Notes: a model not told the origin generated them from the letters alone. Positions 24,936 to 33,435 are shown, counted from the stretch's first letter. The stretch is 41,732 nucleotides of DNA from a virus (IMGVR_UViG_3300045988_038035:1-41732), one strand, 5' to 3'. Translations and numbers: made by a program.

Positions 24936-25165
24936 GTCGGCACCTCCCCGAAGTATTTCGCGTATTCCCTGTCGCTCCACGCCGTCCAGACACTCGCGAA
25001 TCTGCGCTTTTTCTGTGGATTCTGCCGCATGGCAGAAACAGAGTGCGATACCGCGCTGAGGTCAACGCCGCACTTTTTGGCAAGCTCTGTCGGCGAGTCT
25101 GCCACGCAGGTAACCACGCCTGCATGCTTGTGGTCAAGCGCCACATACAGCTGTCTGTATTTCAT
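24929..25165 (-). CDS. Hypothetical protein, 78 aa
   Basis: Track ORF. Confidence 0.6.
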   Translation of the reverse strand: MKYRQLYVALDHKHAGVVTCVADSPTELAKKCGVDLSAVSHSVSAMRQNPQKKRRFASVWTAWSDREYAKYFGEVPTC

Positions 25166-25185
25166 CTTTTCGCTCCCTCATTTCG

Positions 25186-25380
25186 TCATTTCAGATTTTG
25201 CAGCCGCTTTTGCTTGAATCTGCGCGCCACACGAAAATCATCAATGGCGTGGTATTCTTCCTCTTTCGCCCTGCGGCTTGCGTCGCTTTTTTCTTTGTCC
25301 GCCGCGTAGTGCGGGCAGTGATCCTGACAGCCGGGATACCGCGTCGGCGGCTTGCAGCTGTGGCAGTGCTCAAAGCTCAT
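25186..25380 (-). CDS. Cys/His-rich small protein, 64 aa
   Basis: SD GAGGTG precedes ATG 25380. Confidence 0.55.
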   Translation of the reverse strand: MSFEHCHSCKPPTRYPGCQDHCPHYAADKEKSDASRRAKEEEYHAIDDFRVARRFKQKRLQNLK

Positions 25381-25381
25381 C

Positions 25382-25828
25382 TCACACCTCACGGATCGTG
25401 ATGCCGTACTTGTCCTGCATCAGCTTCTTTTTCAGCATATAGTCTTTCGTTTTCATACCCTTCGCGTCCTCGACCTCTCGAAGCCAGTACACCGTTCCGT
25501 TGCAGTCCGGCTCGGTCGCCCGCTCGTAAACAAAATCCGCGCGATAGACCATCGGCTTGATGCGTTTGCCCTCGATGGTCTTGTAGCCCTCAACGAGCGT
25601 GAAATTGGCTTGCAGCCGCAGGTCACGAATCTTTCCCATCGCTCGCAGCACTTTCAGCTCGGTGAATCGCGCCGCCTCGCGCTCGGAATCGAACTTGATG
25701 CCGTCGCGCACGACCTTGCGGTTGCCGTATTTGCTTTTCTTCGGCTTTTGCGTGCCTGCCAGTTTGTCAAGCACCTGCTTCTGCGCCGCAGGGCCCAGCC
25801 GTGCAAGGTCAGCTGATGTCAGCGCCAT
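25382..25828 (-). CDS. DUF1064-type phage nuclease-like protein
   Basis: KYGNRKV...FDSEREAARFTEL...YRADFVY...EDAKG pattern. Confidence 0.65.
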   Translation of the reverse strand: MALTSADLARLGPAAQKQVLDKLAGTQKPKKSKYGNRKVVRDGIKFDSEREAARFTELKVLRAMGKIRDLRLQANFTLVEGYKTIEGKRIKPMVYRADFVYERATEPDCNGTVYWLREVEDAKGMKTKDYMLKKKLMQDKYGITIREV

Positions 25829-26297
25829 CGTGCGCCTCCCATAAATCGCCCTGAGACGCGCTCTGCGCGTTTTTATCCTCCGATGGTGTCATTTCACGTT
25901 TTTCGTATTCCGAGCGTTCCTGCGCGCTCTCAGGGGCATTCCCGGCAGCTTCCCGCTTTCCGTCCGCAGGATCGTCACACAAACCGACGCCGATGATGTA
26001 ATTTTCGCCGTCGCTGCGTGCATGCACTTCGTGCTTGCGGTAGGTCTCCCGCGCGTCGAACTTCGGCAGCGTCAGGCGCTTGCCGATGACCGCCCCCGTA
26101 TCGGGGTCTACTGCGTCCTCGCCGTAGGCAATTGCCACCTGCGCAAGCAGCGCGTCGGTTGCAATGCTGATCTCGGCAACGCCGGCGGCTCGCCGGGAAA
26201 GCTGCGCGTTCAGCTTCATCAGGTCGCCGCAGCGCTTTTCGTAGCGGCCAAGCTCGTGCTCGAGCTGCTTGATCTTGTCTCTGTTTCTTGTACTCAT
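25809..26297 (-). CDS. Hypothetical protein, 162 aa (start refined)
   Basis: SD AGGGGAG precedes ATG 26297. Confidence 0.65.
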   Translation of the reverse strand: MSTRNRDKIKQLEHELGRYEKRCGDLMKLNAQLSRRAAGVAEISIATDALLAQVAIAYGEDAVDPDTGAVIGKRLTLPKFDARETYRKHEVHARSDGENYIIGVGLCDDPADGKREAAGNAPESAQERSEYEKREMTPSEDKNAQSASQGDLWEAHDGADIS

Positions 26298-26500
26298 GGT
26301 TTTGCTCCCCTTTCGTAGTGCAGCAGCAGCGCCCGAGCGATCGGGCAGCGCCGCCATTCTTCGTTGGCGCAGTAGCGCCGCGTATATTCGTCCAGCTCTT
26401 CTTTCGGCAGTTTGACTTGGGCGCCCTCGCAGTTGAGATAGTCGCGGTAGTCCCGCGAGTAAAACGGGCACTTGAAAATGCCCCCGCGATACCCGCTCAC
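26294..26500 (-). CDS. Hypothetical protein, 68 aa (GTG start in GTGA overlap)
   Basis: Overlaps the DnaC-like stop. Confidence 0.5.
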   Translation of the reverse strand: MSGYRGGIFKCPFYSRDYRDYLNCEGAQVKLPKEELDEYTRRYCANEEWRRCPIARALLLHYERGAKP

Positions 26501-27321
26501 GGCGCACCGCCTGCCAGCACCGATTTGACGTGCCGCATGCGCTGATTCGCCTTGTCTCGTCTCAGGCTGCCGCTCTTGAACACCAGTGGCGTGCACATCT
26601 CGAGAATGCGGTCATAGATGCGCTGATAGGTCATGTCTTTCGGCCTGCACAGCTCGTCCAGCGTCAGGTTCGTGGTGACGATCAGCGGCTTTTTTGCCTT
26701 GTATCGCTCATCGATGACCGTGTAGACCGTCTCCATCGCGTACTCGCTGCTGCGTTCCGCGCCGAGATCGTCGATCACCAGCAGCGGATAGTAATGCACC
26801 TGCTCGATGATCTCCTGCTTGTCATATCCAGCGTTGAGAATGCGCGGGAAGCTCGTAATCATCGCTGGAATGCCGCGATCAATCAGCTCGTTGGCGATGC
26901 ACGCCGCCGCGAAGGTCTTCCCGTTGCCGGTGTTGCCCCACAGCAGGAGTCCGTTGTTCTCTCTCCGCATATCGTCCCACGCATCGGCATAGCGCTTGCA
27001 TTTGACGATTTCCTCGCTCATCGTTGCCTTGTCGAACCGGCACGCCGTCAGGCTCTTGTCGCGGATTCCGTCAGCACGCAGCGTTTCGATGCGCAGTCGC
27101 TTTTCGCGGTCAGCGCGTGCTTTTTTTTCGGCCTCGTATTCTCGCGCCGCGCAAGCACACTGACACCCGACAAGGCGGACGCTCCCGCCGATGGGGATCC
27201 GGCACTGCTTCGGCGTGTTGCAATGGCCGCAGTACAGCAGCCCGTCTTTCTCGTAGTCGACCAGATCGCGCACAGGCTCGGCCTTTTTCGCGATGCTGTC
27301 GATCAATACGTCAACGTTCAT
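26497..27321 (-). CDS. DnaC/IstB-like AAA+ helicase loader
   Basis: Walker A WGNTGNGKT and Walker B LLVIDDLGAE. Confidence 0.85.
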   Translation of the reverse strand: MNVDVLIDSIAKKAEPVRDLVDYEKDGLLYCGHCNTPKQCRIPIGGSVRLVGCQCACAAREYEAEKKARADREKRLRIETLRADGIRDKSLTACRFDKATMSEEIVKCKRYADAWDDMRRENNGLLLWGNTGNGKTFAAACIANELIDRGIPAMITSFPRILNAGYDKQEIIEQVHYYPLLVIDDLGAERSSEYAMETVYTVIDERYKAKKPLIVTTNLTLDELCRPKDMTYQRIYDRILEMCTPLVFKSGSLRRDKANQRMRHVKSVLAGGAP

Positions 27322-28121
27322 AGGCTTCCCTCCGTGTTGCCGTAGTCGTAGACAAACGGCTTATTTTTCGGTGCTTTGCCGCCCTTGTTCTGCTCTTCGG
27401 CGAGCCAATTAGTAATGAAACGCTTAACCCCTCCGCGCGTCTTTCGCTTGGTAGGGTTTGCATCGCACCACCCTGCCATGTTTCTAAGTTGTTGCTTAAC
27501 ATCGACATTGGGGTATAGCGCTTCCCATTTCGATACGTCGGGAGATAAGACATCGAAAAAAGACCCATCGTTAAGCACGAGAGAGACGATTGGCGGCGTG
27601 TGAGCCGCTTGCGGCTCCGCGCATCCATACTCTTCTTTACTCTCCTCTTCTCTACTTTCCTCTACTTTACTTTGTCTCTCGATGTCAGCATTTTTCGAAA
27701 GAATGTTTACATTTTTTGCTTGAATGTCAACATTAGGCAAAATTCGGGCAACATCGACCAGAAGGATGTTGTAATCGACTTCGAGAGTTTTACGGCGGCT
27801 GACTGCCTCAAAGTACCTTTCCTGTATGCCTTTAGAGGTCAATACGTGGTACTTGTCATACTTCTCTTTGTCGAACATCCCTCGTCTGATAGAAGCCTCT
27901 ATTATTTCGGAAACGACGCTCCCACCCAACCCGACCTTGCGGGCGAACAAAAGCGCAACCTCCTCTGTCCATTCAATGTAGTAACCCGCCTTGCCGTAAA
28001 TCTCTTGCAGCAAGTGAACGACTACACCAAATCCTGTCAAGCCAAATTCTGCTTCTATCAGTTCAAACTTTGCGTTCAATGTGACATCAAGCGGAAAGTA
28101 ATCAATCCCGCTTTTTGCCAT
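27318..28121 (-). CDS. DnaD-like replisome organiser (DUF4373/Lin1244-type N-terminus)
   Basis: IDYFPLDV...GFGVVVHLLQEIYGKAGYYIEW...LTSKGIQERY. Confidence 0.8.
   Translation of the reverse strand: MAKSGIDYFPLDVTLNAKFELIEAEFGLTGFGVVVHLLQEIYGKAGYYIEWTEEVALLFARKVGLGGSVVSEIIEASIRRGMFDKEKYDKYHVLTSKGIQERYFEAVSRRKTLEVDYNILLVDVARILPNVDIQAKNVNILSKNADIERQSKVEESREEESKEEYGCAEPQAAHTPPIVSLVLNDGSFFDVLSPDVSKWEALYPNVDVKQQLRNMAGWCDANPTKRKTRGGVKRFITNWLAEEQNKGGKAPKNKPFVYDYGNTEGSL
27680..27734. repeat. Three palindromic iterons AATGTnnACATT at exact 21-bp spacing (putative ori)
   Basis: cgATGTcagCATT at 27680, gAATGTttACATT at 27701, gAATGTcaACATT at 27722, all inside the AT-rich part of the DnaD-like gene. Degenerate copies continue to about 27780. 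Confidence 0.6.
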
Positions 28122-28124
28122 CGG

Positions 28125-28274
28125 CTATTCCCCCTTGTGAGGAATGATGCATAAGTCTACTCCGTACTTGCAAAGCATTGATGCGCCTTTCACTGAAATC
28201 AGCGAAACGCCCGGTTCCGTGAGGGCGGCAGACAAATTGCCGCCCTCATAAATCAAAACATCATACTTAATCAT
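28125..28274 (-). CDS. Possible small ORF, 49 aa, containing a perfect 10-bp hairpin
   Basis: SD ACGGAGGGAC plus ATG. However, GAGGGCGGCA-N7-TGCCGCCCTC (28221-28247) sits inside it. Confidence 0.35.
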   Translation of the reverse strand: MIKYDVLIYEGGNLSAALTEPGVSLISVKGASMLCKYGVDLCIIPHKGE

Positions 28275-28286
28275 CGTGTCCCTCCG

Positions 28287-28934
28287 TTAAAACGGGAGCT
28301 GGCCTTCGCCGTATACATCCTCGTCAGCCAGTTCGGTGAACTCTCCCGGCGCAGGGTCGCTCGGCGCGCCACCCTCCGCTTCTAACTTCTGCTGATAGCT
28401 CTCGCTGCCCTTGATGGCGTTTGCGATCCACTCCGGCAGTTTGTCCACGTCAGAAAGCGGGCTTTCGTCGATGTCATAAATAACCTTGTCCAGCGTGAGC
28501 GTCGGCGCAGGCATACCTTTCGGCAGACGCATAATGCTTGCGAGATTCGCATACGTCTTACCGTTTCCGCCATCCTTGTGAATGACTTGAATCAAACACG
28601 GCGCGCCGACAATACTGCGCAAATCAAACGCTTTCAGCTCATCCTCAGTAAAATCTCGACCACGCCATGCGGCAAGATCCCGACGGAGAATTGCTTTCTC
28701 GTTTAAACTTGCGGTGTATCTTGCAGAAAAAACGCGAGGCTTCTTCTCACCATCAACCTCGACAAACTCGTCCGCGATTTCCCATCCGATGATGACCTTT
28801 CTCGAGCTATTGCCGTAGCGCTCGTTCTTCTGCAAGCCGATGTCGACAAGCATATAGCAGACTGCCGCATAGCTGCCCTCTGCAAGGATAGGGATGCCGG
28901 CACCGCCGCCGTTTTCGGTTACTGTTAAGCTCAT
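28287..28934 (-). CDS. Phage SSB-like protein (DUF669-like) with acidic ...GEGQLPF tail
   Basis: C-terminal acidic tail ends in LPF, as in SSB tips. Located in the replication module. Confidence 0.5.
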   Translation of the reverse strand: MSLTVTENGGGAGIPILAEGSYAAVCYMLVDIGLQKNERYGNSSRKVIIGWEIADEFVEVDGEKKPRVFSARYTASLNEKAILRRDLAAWRGRDFTEDELKAFDLRSIVGAPCLIQVIHKDGGNGKTYANLASIMRLPKGMPAPTLTLDKVIYDIDESPLSDVDKLPEWIANAIKGSESYQQKLEAEGGAPSDPAPGEFTELADEDVYGEGQLPF

Positions 28935-28937
28935 TGT

Positions 28938-29162
28938 TTAGTCCTCCTCAACATCTTTTTCTAACGGGCAATTTCGCCCAACATATTTATCCGCCCACGG
29001 AATGATTTCGCCGTTCAGCCCGCACACTTTCGCCGTCCTGCGGTAAAATTTGCAAACATCGCAGACGCAAAGCGCATTACCCTTAAAATCAATAGGGAAA
29101 TAGTTAGTCACAACCGCGCTTGCTTTGATATAGCCGCTCACGCCGGTTTCAAAATCAGCCAT
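28938..29162 (-). CDS. Hypothetical protein, 74 aa
   Basis: Track ORF. Confidence 0.6.
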   Translation of the reverse strand: MADFETGVSGYIKASAVVTNYFPIDFKGNALCVCDVCKFYRRTAKVCGLNGEIIPWADKYVGRNCPLEKDVEED

Positions 29163-29313
29163 TGTCTTTCACCTCTTCAATCCATTCCTCCCCGCAGAAG
29201 GGGCATACCAGCGTTTCGTGCCAGGAATACCCGCGTTCTCCGTCAAGGTTTTCTCGTTCGCGGTAAATAGCCGGGTGCTCAAAATCCGCGCCGCATGATT
29301 CGCAGTGCATCAT
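29155..29313 (-). CDS. Zn-ribbon protein, 52 aa (start refined)
   Basis: MMHCESCG...CPFCG. ATGA overlap. Confidence 0.55.
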   Translation of the reverse strand: MMHCESCGADFEHPAIYRERENLDGERGYSWHETLVCPFCGEEWIEEVKDNG

Positions 29314-29843
29314 TCCTCCGCCTCCAAATACACCATCGCGCTCTGCACGCCAAATACGCGCGCCGCCTGATGATCGTTGAAAAACACGTCGATGTGGTTG
29401 CCGTTCACGCCGCCGCCGCAGTCCTCCGAGATGTAGCTGTGCTGCGTGCCGTCCGGCCAGATCAGCAGCACGCGCGTCCCGTAAGGGATCACCTTCGGGT
29501 CGACCGCGATCGTGCGTCCTTCGGTCGCCAGCGTGCCGGTCGCAGTGTAGCCGCTTGCCCACTTGCCGCAGCAGCAGCGTCCGGGACAATAGGCCGTGAG
29601 CGTAAACTCGCCAAGAAAAACGTCATTGCACACGGCGCTTTCGGTCGCGGGGATATCCCACGCGGGGTCATACTCCTCCGAGACTACCGAGGATTCCTCG
29701 GGGCTTGCTTCGACCGCCTGCGCGCTGGTGGCGAGGATTGAGATCGCGATCAAGATGACCGCCGCGCCCAGGCACGCCGCCGCAATCAGTGCCGATTCAT
29801 CGGCCTTGCGCTGCTCTCTCGTGCGCTTGTCGTGCCGTCTCAT
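29310..29843 (-). CDS. Membrane-anchored 3D-domain (MltA/RlpA-like) cell-wall protein
   Basis: N-terminal TM segment, then FTLTAYC...GTLATEGRTIAVDPKVIPYGT...DCGGGV. Confidence 0.65.
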   Translation of the reverse strand: MRRHDKRTREQRKADESALIAAACLGAAVILIAISILATSAQAVEASPEESSVVSEEYDPAWDIPATESAVCNDVFLGEFTLTAYCPGRCCCGKWASGYTATGTLATEGRTIAVDPKVIPYGTRVLLIWPDGTQHSYISEDCGGGVNGNHIDVFFNDHQAARVFGVQSAMVYLEAEE

Positions 29844-30658
29844 CGTGTCACCTCTTCCATCGTGATTTGTGCGGGCTTCTCAAACAGCGGGGCGAGCATT
29901 TCCTCTTGCGCCGCCTTGTAAAAATTCCTGTCGATTTCAAACCCGTAAGCATTTCGCCCCAGTTCATACGCCGCGCGGAGGGTGGCCGCGCTTCCCGCGC
30001 ATGGGTCGATTACAACGTCGCCGGGATCCGTGAAAACTTCAATCAGACGCTTCAGCACGTTCACCGGCTTCTGCGTTGGGTGAATCTTGGGAATGTCCTT
30101 GCCGTCGCGTTCCCACTTCTGCCAGTCGAAAACCATCTTTCCCGTGCCGCGAATCGGTTTCCCATCTTCGCCGATCTCACGCCCGTTGTTAAATTTCGGA
30201 AGCTTGTCACGGTAAAGCACTACCGCAAACTCCGTCGCGCCTACCACTCGCATGTTGGCTTTAAGTACCTGCGCGGAATAGTTCTTGCAGAAAAACATCG
30301 GGTAGCTGTTCTTGAATCCGTACTGCTTCCCGTACTCCATGACGGTCTGCATCTGGTCAAACGCGCAGAAAACAAGCATTGCCGGGGCTTGCCCTTTCTC
30401 CTTCGGCTCTTTCTTCAAAAGCCGGTTGCAGAAGTGCATATATTCAGCGATCTTGAAATAACCATCGGAGTTGAAAAAACTGCTCTTTGCTTTTTTGCTC
30501 TCGCCGTTTTTGTTGTCGCCGCCGATGTACCACGTCGGATTGCTCCCGTAAGCGTCAGCGCCAATGTTGTAGGGAATGTCCGCGATCACGAGCTGCGCCT
30601 TTGGGATTCCGTATTTCTTGAAATTCTGGAAATTGTCATGGTACAGCTCGCATTTCAC
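29840..30658 (-). CDS. N6-adenine/N4-cytosine DNA methyltransferase
   Basis: DIPYNIG (DPPY motif) upstream of VIDPCAGSAATLRAA. GTG start in a GTGA overlap. Confidence 0.85.
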   Translation of the reverse strand: MKCELYHDNFQNFKKYGIPKAQLVIADIPYNIGADAYGSNPTWYIGGDNKNGESKKAKSSFFNSDGYFKIAEYMHFCNRLLKKEPKEKGQAPAMLVFCAFDQMQTVMEYGKQYGFKNSYPMFFCKNYSAQVLKANMRVVGATEFAVVLYRDKLPKFNNGREIGEDGKPIRGTGKMVFDWQKWERDGKDIPKIHPTQKPVNVLKRLIEVFTDPGDVVIDPCAGSAATLRAAYELGRNAYGFEIDRNFYKAAQEEMLAPLFEKPAQITMEEVTR

Positions 30659-30810
30659 CGTCTGCACCCCCTGTCGATGTAGGGCAGCAGATCGTACAGC
30701 ACCTTGCACACCGCGCACGCGCCGATGACGGCAAGGCTCGTCGTGAAGTCGCAGCCGTTGAGCGCGATCACCGCCGCAGCGATGCCGCCGAAAAACAGCG
30801 TATCAATCAT
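30655..30810 (-). CDS. Small membrane protein, 51 aa
   Basis: SD GAGGTGGAGG. Sequence MIDTLFFGGIAAAVIAL. Confidence 0.55.
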   Translation of the reverse strand: MIDTLFFGGIAAAVIALNGCDFTTSLAVIGACAVCKVLYDLLPYIDRGCRR

Positions 30811-31016
30811 GCCTCCACCTCGCGTTCCGCGATCCACTCATTCACAAGGCGAGTGTAGATTTGGAAGATTCTGCGCTTGCCGCCGCAGATGCACACGCCG
30901 AAGGGGTAAACCCGCTGCTCGAGGCCGGCTGCCAGCGATTCGTTCGAAATGCTCAGTCCGTGTTCTCTCAGATACGCCGCGCACTCGTTTAAGTCCATTG
31001 TCTGAATCGTCTTCAT
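30807..31016 (-). CDS. HTH_17/excisionase-like small DNA-binding protein
   Basis: LNECAAYLREHGLSIS...IFQIYTRLVNEWI. Confidence 0.4.
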   Translation of the reverse strand: MKTIQTMDLNECAAYLREHGLSISNESLAAGLEQRVYPFGVCICGGKRRIFQIYTRLVNEWIAEREVEA

Positions 31017-31037
31017 CTTTTCTCCTCCTTACTCCGT

Positions 31038-31229
31038 TCAGCGGTTCAGCTCTGCCACCGTCACGCCATAATGCTTGGCAATTCTCTGCTGGTGGCGCGG
31101 GTGCGGGCGGCATGCGCCCTCCTTCCAGCTCTTGATCGACGTCTGCGAGACATCGATCTCTTTCGCAAGACGATAATTCGTCTCGCCGCGCTCGGCTTGC
31201 AGTCGAGCAAGATTCTCCGGTAAGCTCAC
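31038..31229 (-). CDS. Cro-like XRE-family HTH regulator
   Basis: GTG start after GGAGGTATAAAAAA. The HTH is paralogous to the divergent cI-like gene. Confidence 0.8.
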   Translation of the reverse strand: MSLPENLARLQAERGETNYRLAKEIDVSQTSIKSWKEGACRPHPRHQQRIAKHYGVTVAELNR

Positions 31230-31441
31230 TTTTTTATACCTCCAACTTTGATTGAGTTCTTGACAAATTGGAGCGTTGGTGATACTCTAAGTTTGCGACA
31301 ACTATATGTTTCTCACCAGCCCGATTTGCCGGGGTGGTCAGGTCTCTTATTGCCTATCCACGAAAAAGATTATACTTTAAGTTGAAGCATAAGTCAATAT
31401 ATGTTGAAGTATTATTTTGACGAAGTTGAAGGGATATTTTT
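31230..31441. promoter_or_regulatory. Divergent immunity promoter/operator region
   Basis: TTGACA (31260-65), 17 nt, TGaTACTCT (-10 at 31283-88) on the plus strand. GTTGAAG at 31381, 31403 and 31425. Inverted AAGTTG at 31243-48. Confidence 0.65.
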
Positions 31442-32023
31442 ATGAGCTTTGCACAAAACTTGAAGTATATAAAAGAAAAAGAGAATCTAACCAACTACCG
31501 ACTTGCAAAACTTTTCGGTTGCAGTCAATCGTCTCTTATTAACTGGCTTGATAACGGTGTTGTTCCTCACCCAAAGACCCGCCAGAAGATCGCCGACCAT
31601 TTCGGCATCACGCTTGCCGAGCTGGACGGCGACGAGCTTCCCACTCTGCCGGAAAAAGGCGCAAAAAAAGCGCCCGCCCCCAAAAAGGACGAGCGCCTTG
31701 CGTTCGACGAGGCAAATATGCGTGTGCGATCCGCGCACCCGGTTTCTGTGCTGGCGGCAAAGTATAATGTTCCGTCTGCCGTGATGCAGCAGATCATCGG
31801 CTGTGACCTCGACACCGCGAATGGCATCATTCTCGGCCTTGCCGATCCGACCGACGAGCAGCTGCGCCGCGTCGCCGCCACGTTCTGCGTTCCCTACGCC
31901 GACCTTATTGATGGCTGGGTGGCAATGGCCGCCAATCCCAATGTTCTTTCCGACATATCTCGCCGAGTGTCAGATCGCTTCCCTCTACAGGGAGGTCATC
32001 GAGCTTCGGACGACGAGCCTTGA
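31442..32023 (+). CDS. cI-like XRE-family repressor (no S24 peptidase motifs seen)
   Basis: N-terminal HTH TNYRLAKLFGCSQSSLINW. The 3' end overlaps a convergent ORF. Confidence 0.75.
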   Translation: MSFAQNLKYIKEKENLTNYRLAKLFGCSQSSLINWLDNGVVPHPKTRQKIADHFGITLAELDGDELPTLPEKGAKKAPAPKKDERLAFDEANMRVRSAHPVSVLAAKYNVPSAVMQQIIGCDLDTANGIILGLADPTDEQLRRVAATFCVPYADLIDGWVAMAANPNVLSDISRRVSDRFPLQGGHRASDDEP

Positions 32024-32153
32024 TGCTCGGCCATGTTGGGTCAAGGATCGTGTTCCACTTGTCTTGAAACCTTTCGTAGGCGTCGCGCTGCTGTTCTTCC
32101 GGCAGAGCCCGCACTTCGTCAAGTTCTTTCAGGTACTCTTCCCTCGTATGCAT
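31905..32153 (-). CDS. Small protein, 82 aa, convergent with the cI-like gene
   Basis: SD GGAGGA 9 nt before ATG 32153. GC3 about 69% in its non-overlapping part. Confidence 0.55.
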   Translation of the reverse strand: MHTREEYLKELDEVRALPEEQQRDAYERFQDKWNTILDPTWPSIKARRPKLDDLPVEGSDLTLGEICRKEHWDWRPLPPSHQ

Positions 32154-32186
32154 TTTCGCGTCCTCCATATTTAAACAGTTTCACTT

Positions 32187-32220
32187 ATCATATACCGCGC
32201 CGCGGTTCATTTCACCACGG
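32187..32220 (-). promoter_or_regulatory. Late promoter-like motif, site D: CCGTGGTGAAAT-N-TATGAT
   Basis: Upstream of the 82-aa minus-strand gene. Confidence 0.45.
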
Positions 32221-32234
32221 CCACCGATAAAGAA

Positions 32235-33353
32235 ATGGGAATATACAACGACCCGCAGTATTTTGAAAAGAGAATAAAATATCAGAGAAAGAGGCGTTCA
32301 GCTGTGATTTCTGCAATTCGGGCGCACTTCATACGCCCGTGCTATCTTCGCGAATCAGAAACTCCAATGAAGTTTTATAAACTGATTGCTCGAATCGGGC
32401 TCCCACTTGGCTTTATCCTGAACCTCTTCCGCGCAATGCAGGCAACGACTGCGATTGGAACCGCAACCGAAGCTGCAAAGCCGTACTTTATCATAGATGC
32501 TGTATATATGTGGGTCGGCATTGTCCTTGTTCTTGGGGCCGTCATCGGGCTAAATAAAATGGAGTGGTATGGTGTTAAATGCTACGCGTCCCTTTTCTCG
32601 TGGTCGATTGCTTTTAATGCTTTCCTCGCCATTTATAGCGCAGGTTTGGGGTTATACGAGTTTGAATATTTCGGGCGTAGCATATTTTCTATAGTATACT
32701 TGTCTGTTTGGCTGTACTTCTGCATGGTCTATTTTGGAAAGCGTCGTCTTTTATTTTCTCCGGGAGCATTTGAAACCCCTTGCGTTTCCGATGAAACCCA
32801 AAACGAACCAGAAAAGGCCGATCCTGTGCAGCCAGAGCCTACCCATGTTTTGCAGGAAGCGCCGCCGGAACCGGCAGTAGAGCTGCCGCCCACCGTGCAG
32901 GAATCTCCGCCCGCTGATCTCGTAGCGGTCAAAAAGCCAAAGCGCAAGCCGAACATTCCGGTGATTGTTCTTTGCATTGCCCTCGCCTTGAGCCTTGCCG
33001 GGAACGTTTGGCAGGGTGTTTCTTGGGCGAGTGATTCGGCGGAATCTGCCGAGGAAATCCGCGTGCTCAATAATAAGCTTACTCAAAAAGAAGAAGCTAT
33101 TAAAGAATACAGAACAAAAGTCGGAGACTTGAATACCGAGCTTGCCCGCGTCAAGACTCAGAAAGATGGCCTATATGACCATCTGGACGCAGCTATTTTC
33201 TTGTACAACAACATTGGATTTATCGTCAACGGGTCATCGTACTATCACAATTACGAATGCCCGGTGTTTCAAGCAGCAAGCGAATATTGGGCTCACAATA
33301 TCGAATACTGTCAATCTATCGGATATCGTGCTTGCCCGGTGTGCTGGGATTAA
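32235..33353 (+). CDS. Low-GC multi-pass membrane protein with Pro-rich linker, coiled coil and C-terminal Cys/His motif (moron)
   Basis: 372 aa. Start uncertain (32235 or 32367). C-terminus reads YYHNYECP...GYRACPVCWD. Confidence 0.7.
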   Translation: MGIYNDPQYFEKRIKYQRKRRSAVISAIRAHFIRPCYLRESETPMKFYKLIARIGLPLGFILNLFRAMQATTAIGTATEAAKPYFIIDAVYMWVGIVLVLGAVIGLNKMEWYGVKCYASLFSWSIAFNAFLAIYSAGLGLYEFEYFGRSIFSIVYLSVWLYFCMVYFGKRRLLFSPGAFETPCVSDETQNEPEKADPVQPEPTHVLQEAPPEPAVELPPTVQESPPADLVAVKKPKRKPNIPVIVLCIALALSLAGNVWQGVSWASDSAESAEEIRVLNNKLTQKEEAIKEYRTKVGDLNTELARVKTQKDGLYDHLDAAIFLYNNIGFIVNGSSYYHNYECPVFQAASEYWAHNIEYCQSIGYRACPVCWD

Positions 33354-33360
33354 GTTTTGT

Positions 33361-33435
33361 AAAAGCCCTCACCGCCTCTGCAACAACGGCGAGGGCTTTT
33401 TAGCAGCAGCGGGGAGCGGTCGCCGCTGCTTGCTT
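33361..33435 (+). terminator. Two tandem hairpin terminators
   Basis: AAAAGCCCTCACCG...CGGCGAGGGCTTTT, then GCAGCAGCGG...CCGCTGCTTGC followed by TTT. Confidence 0.75.
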
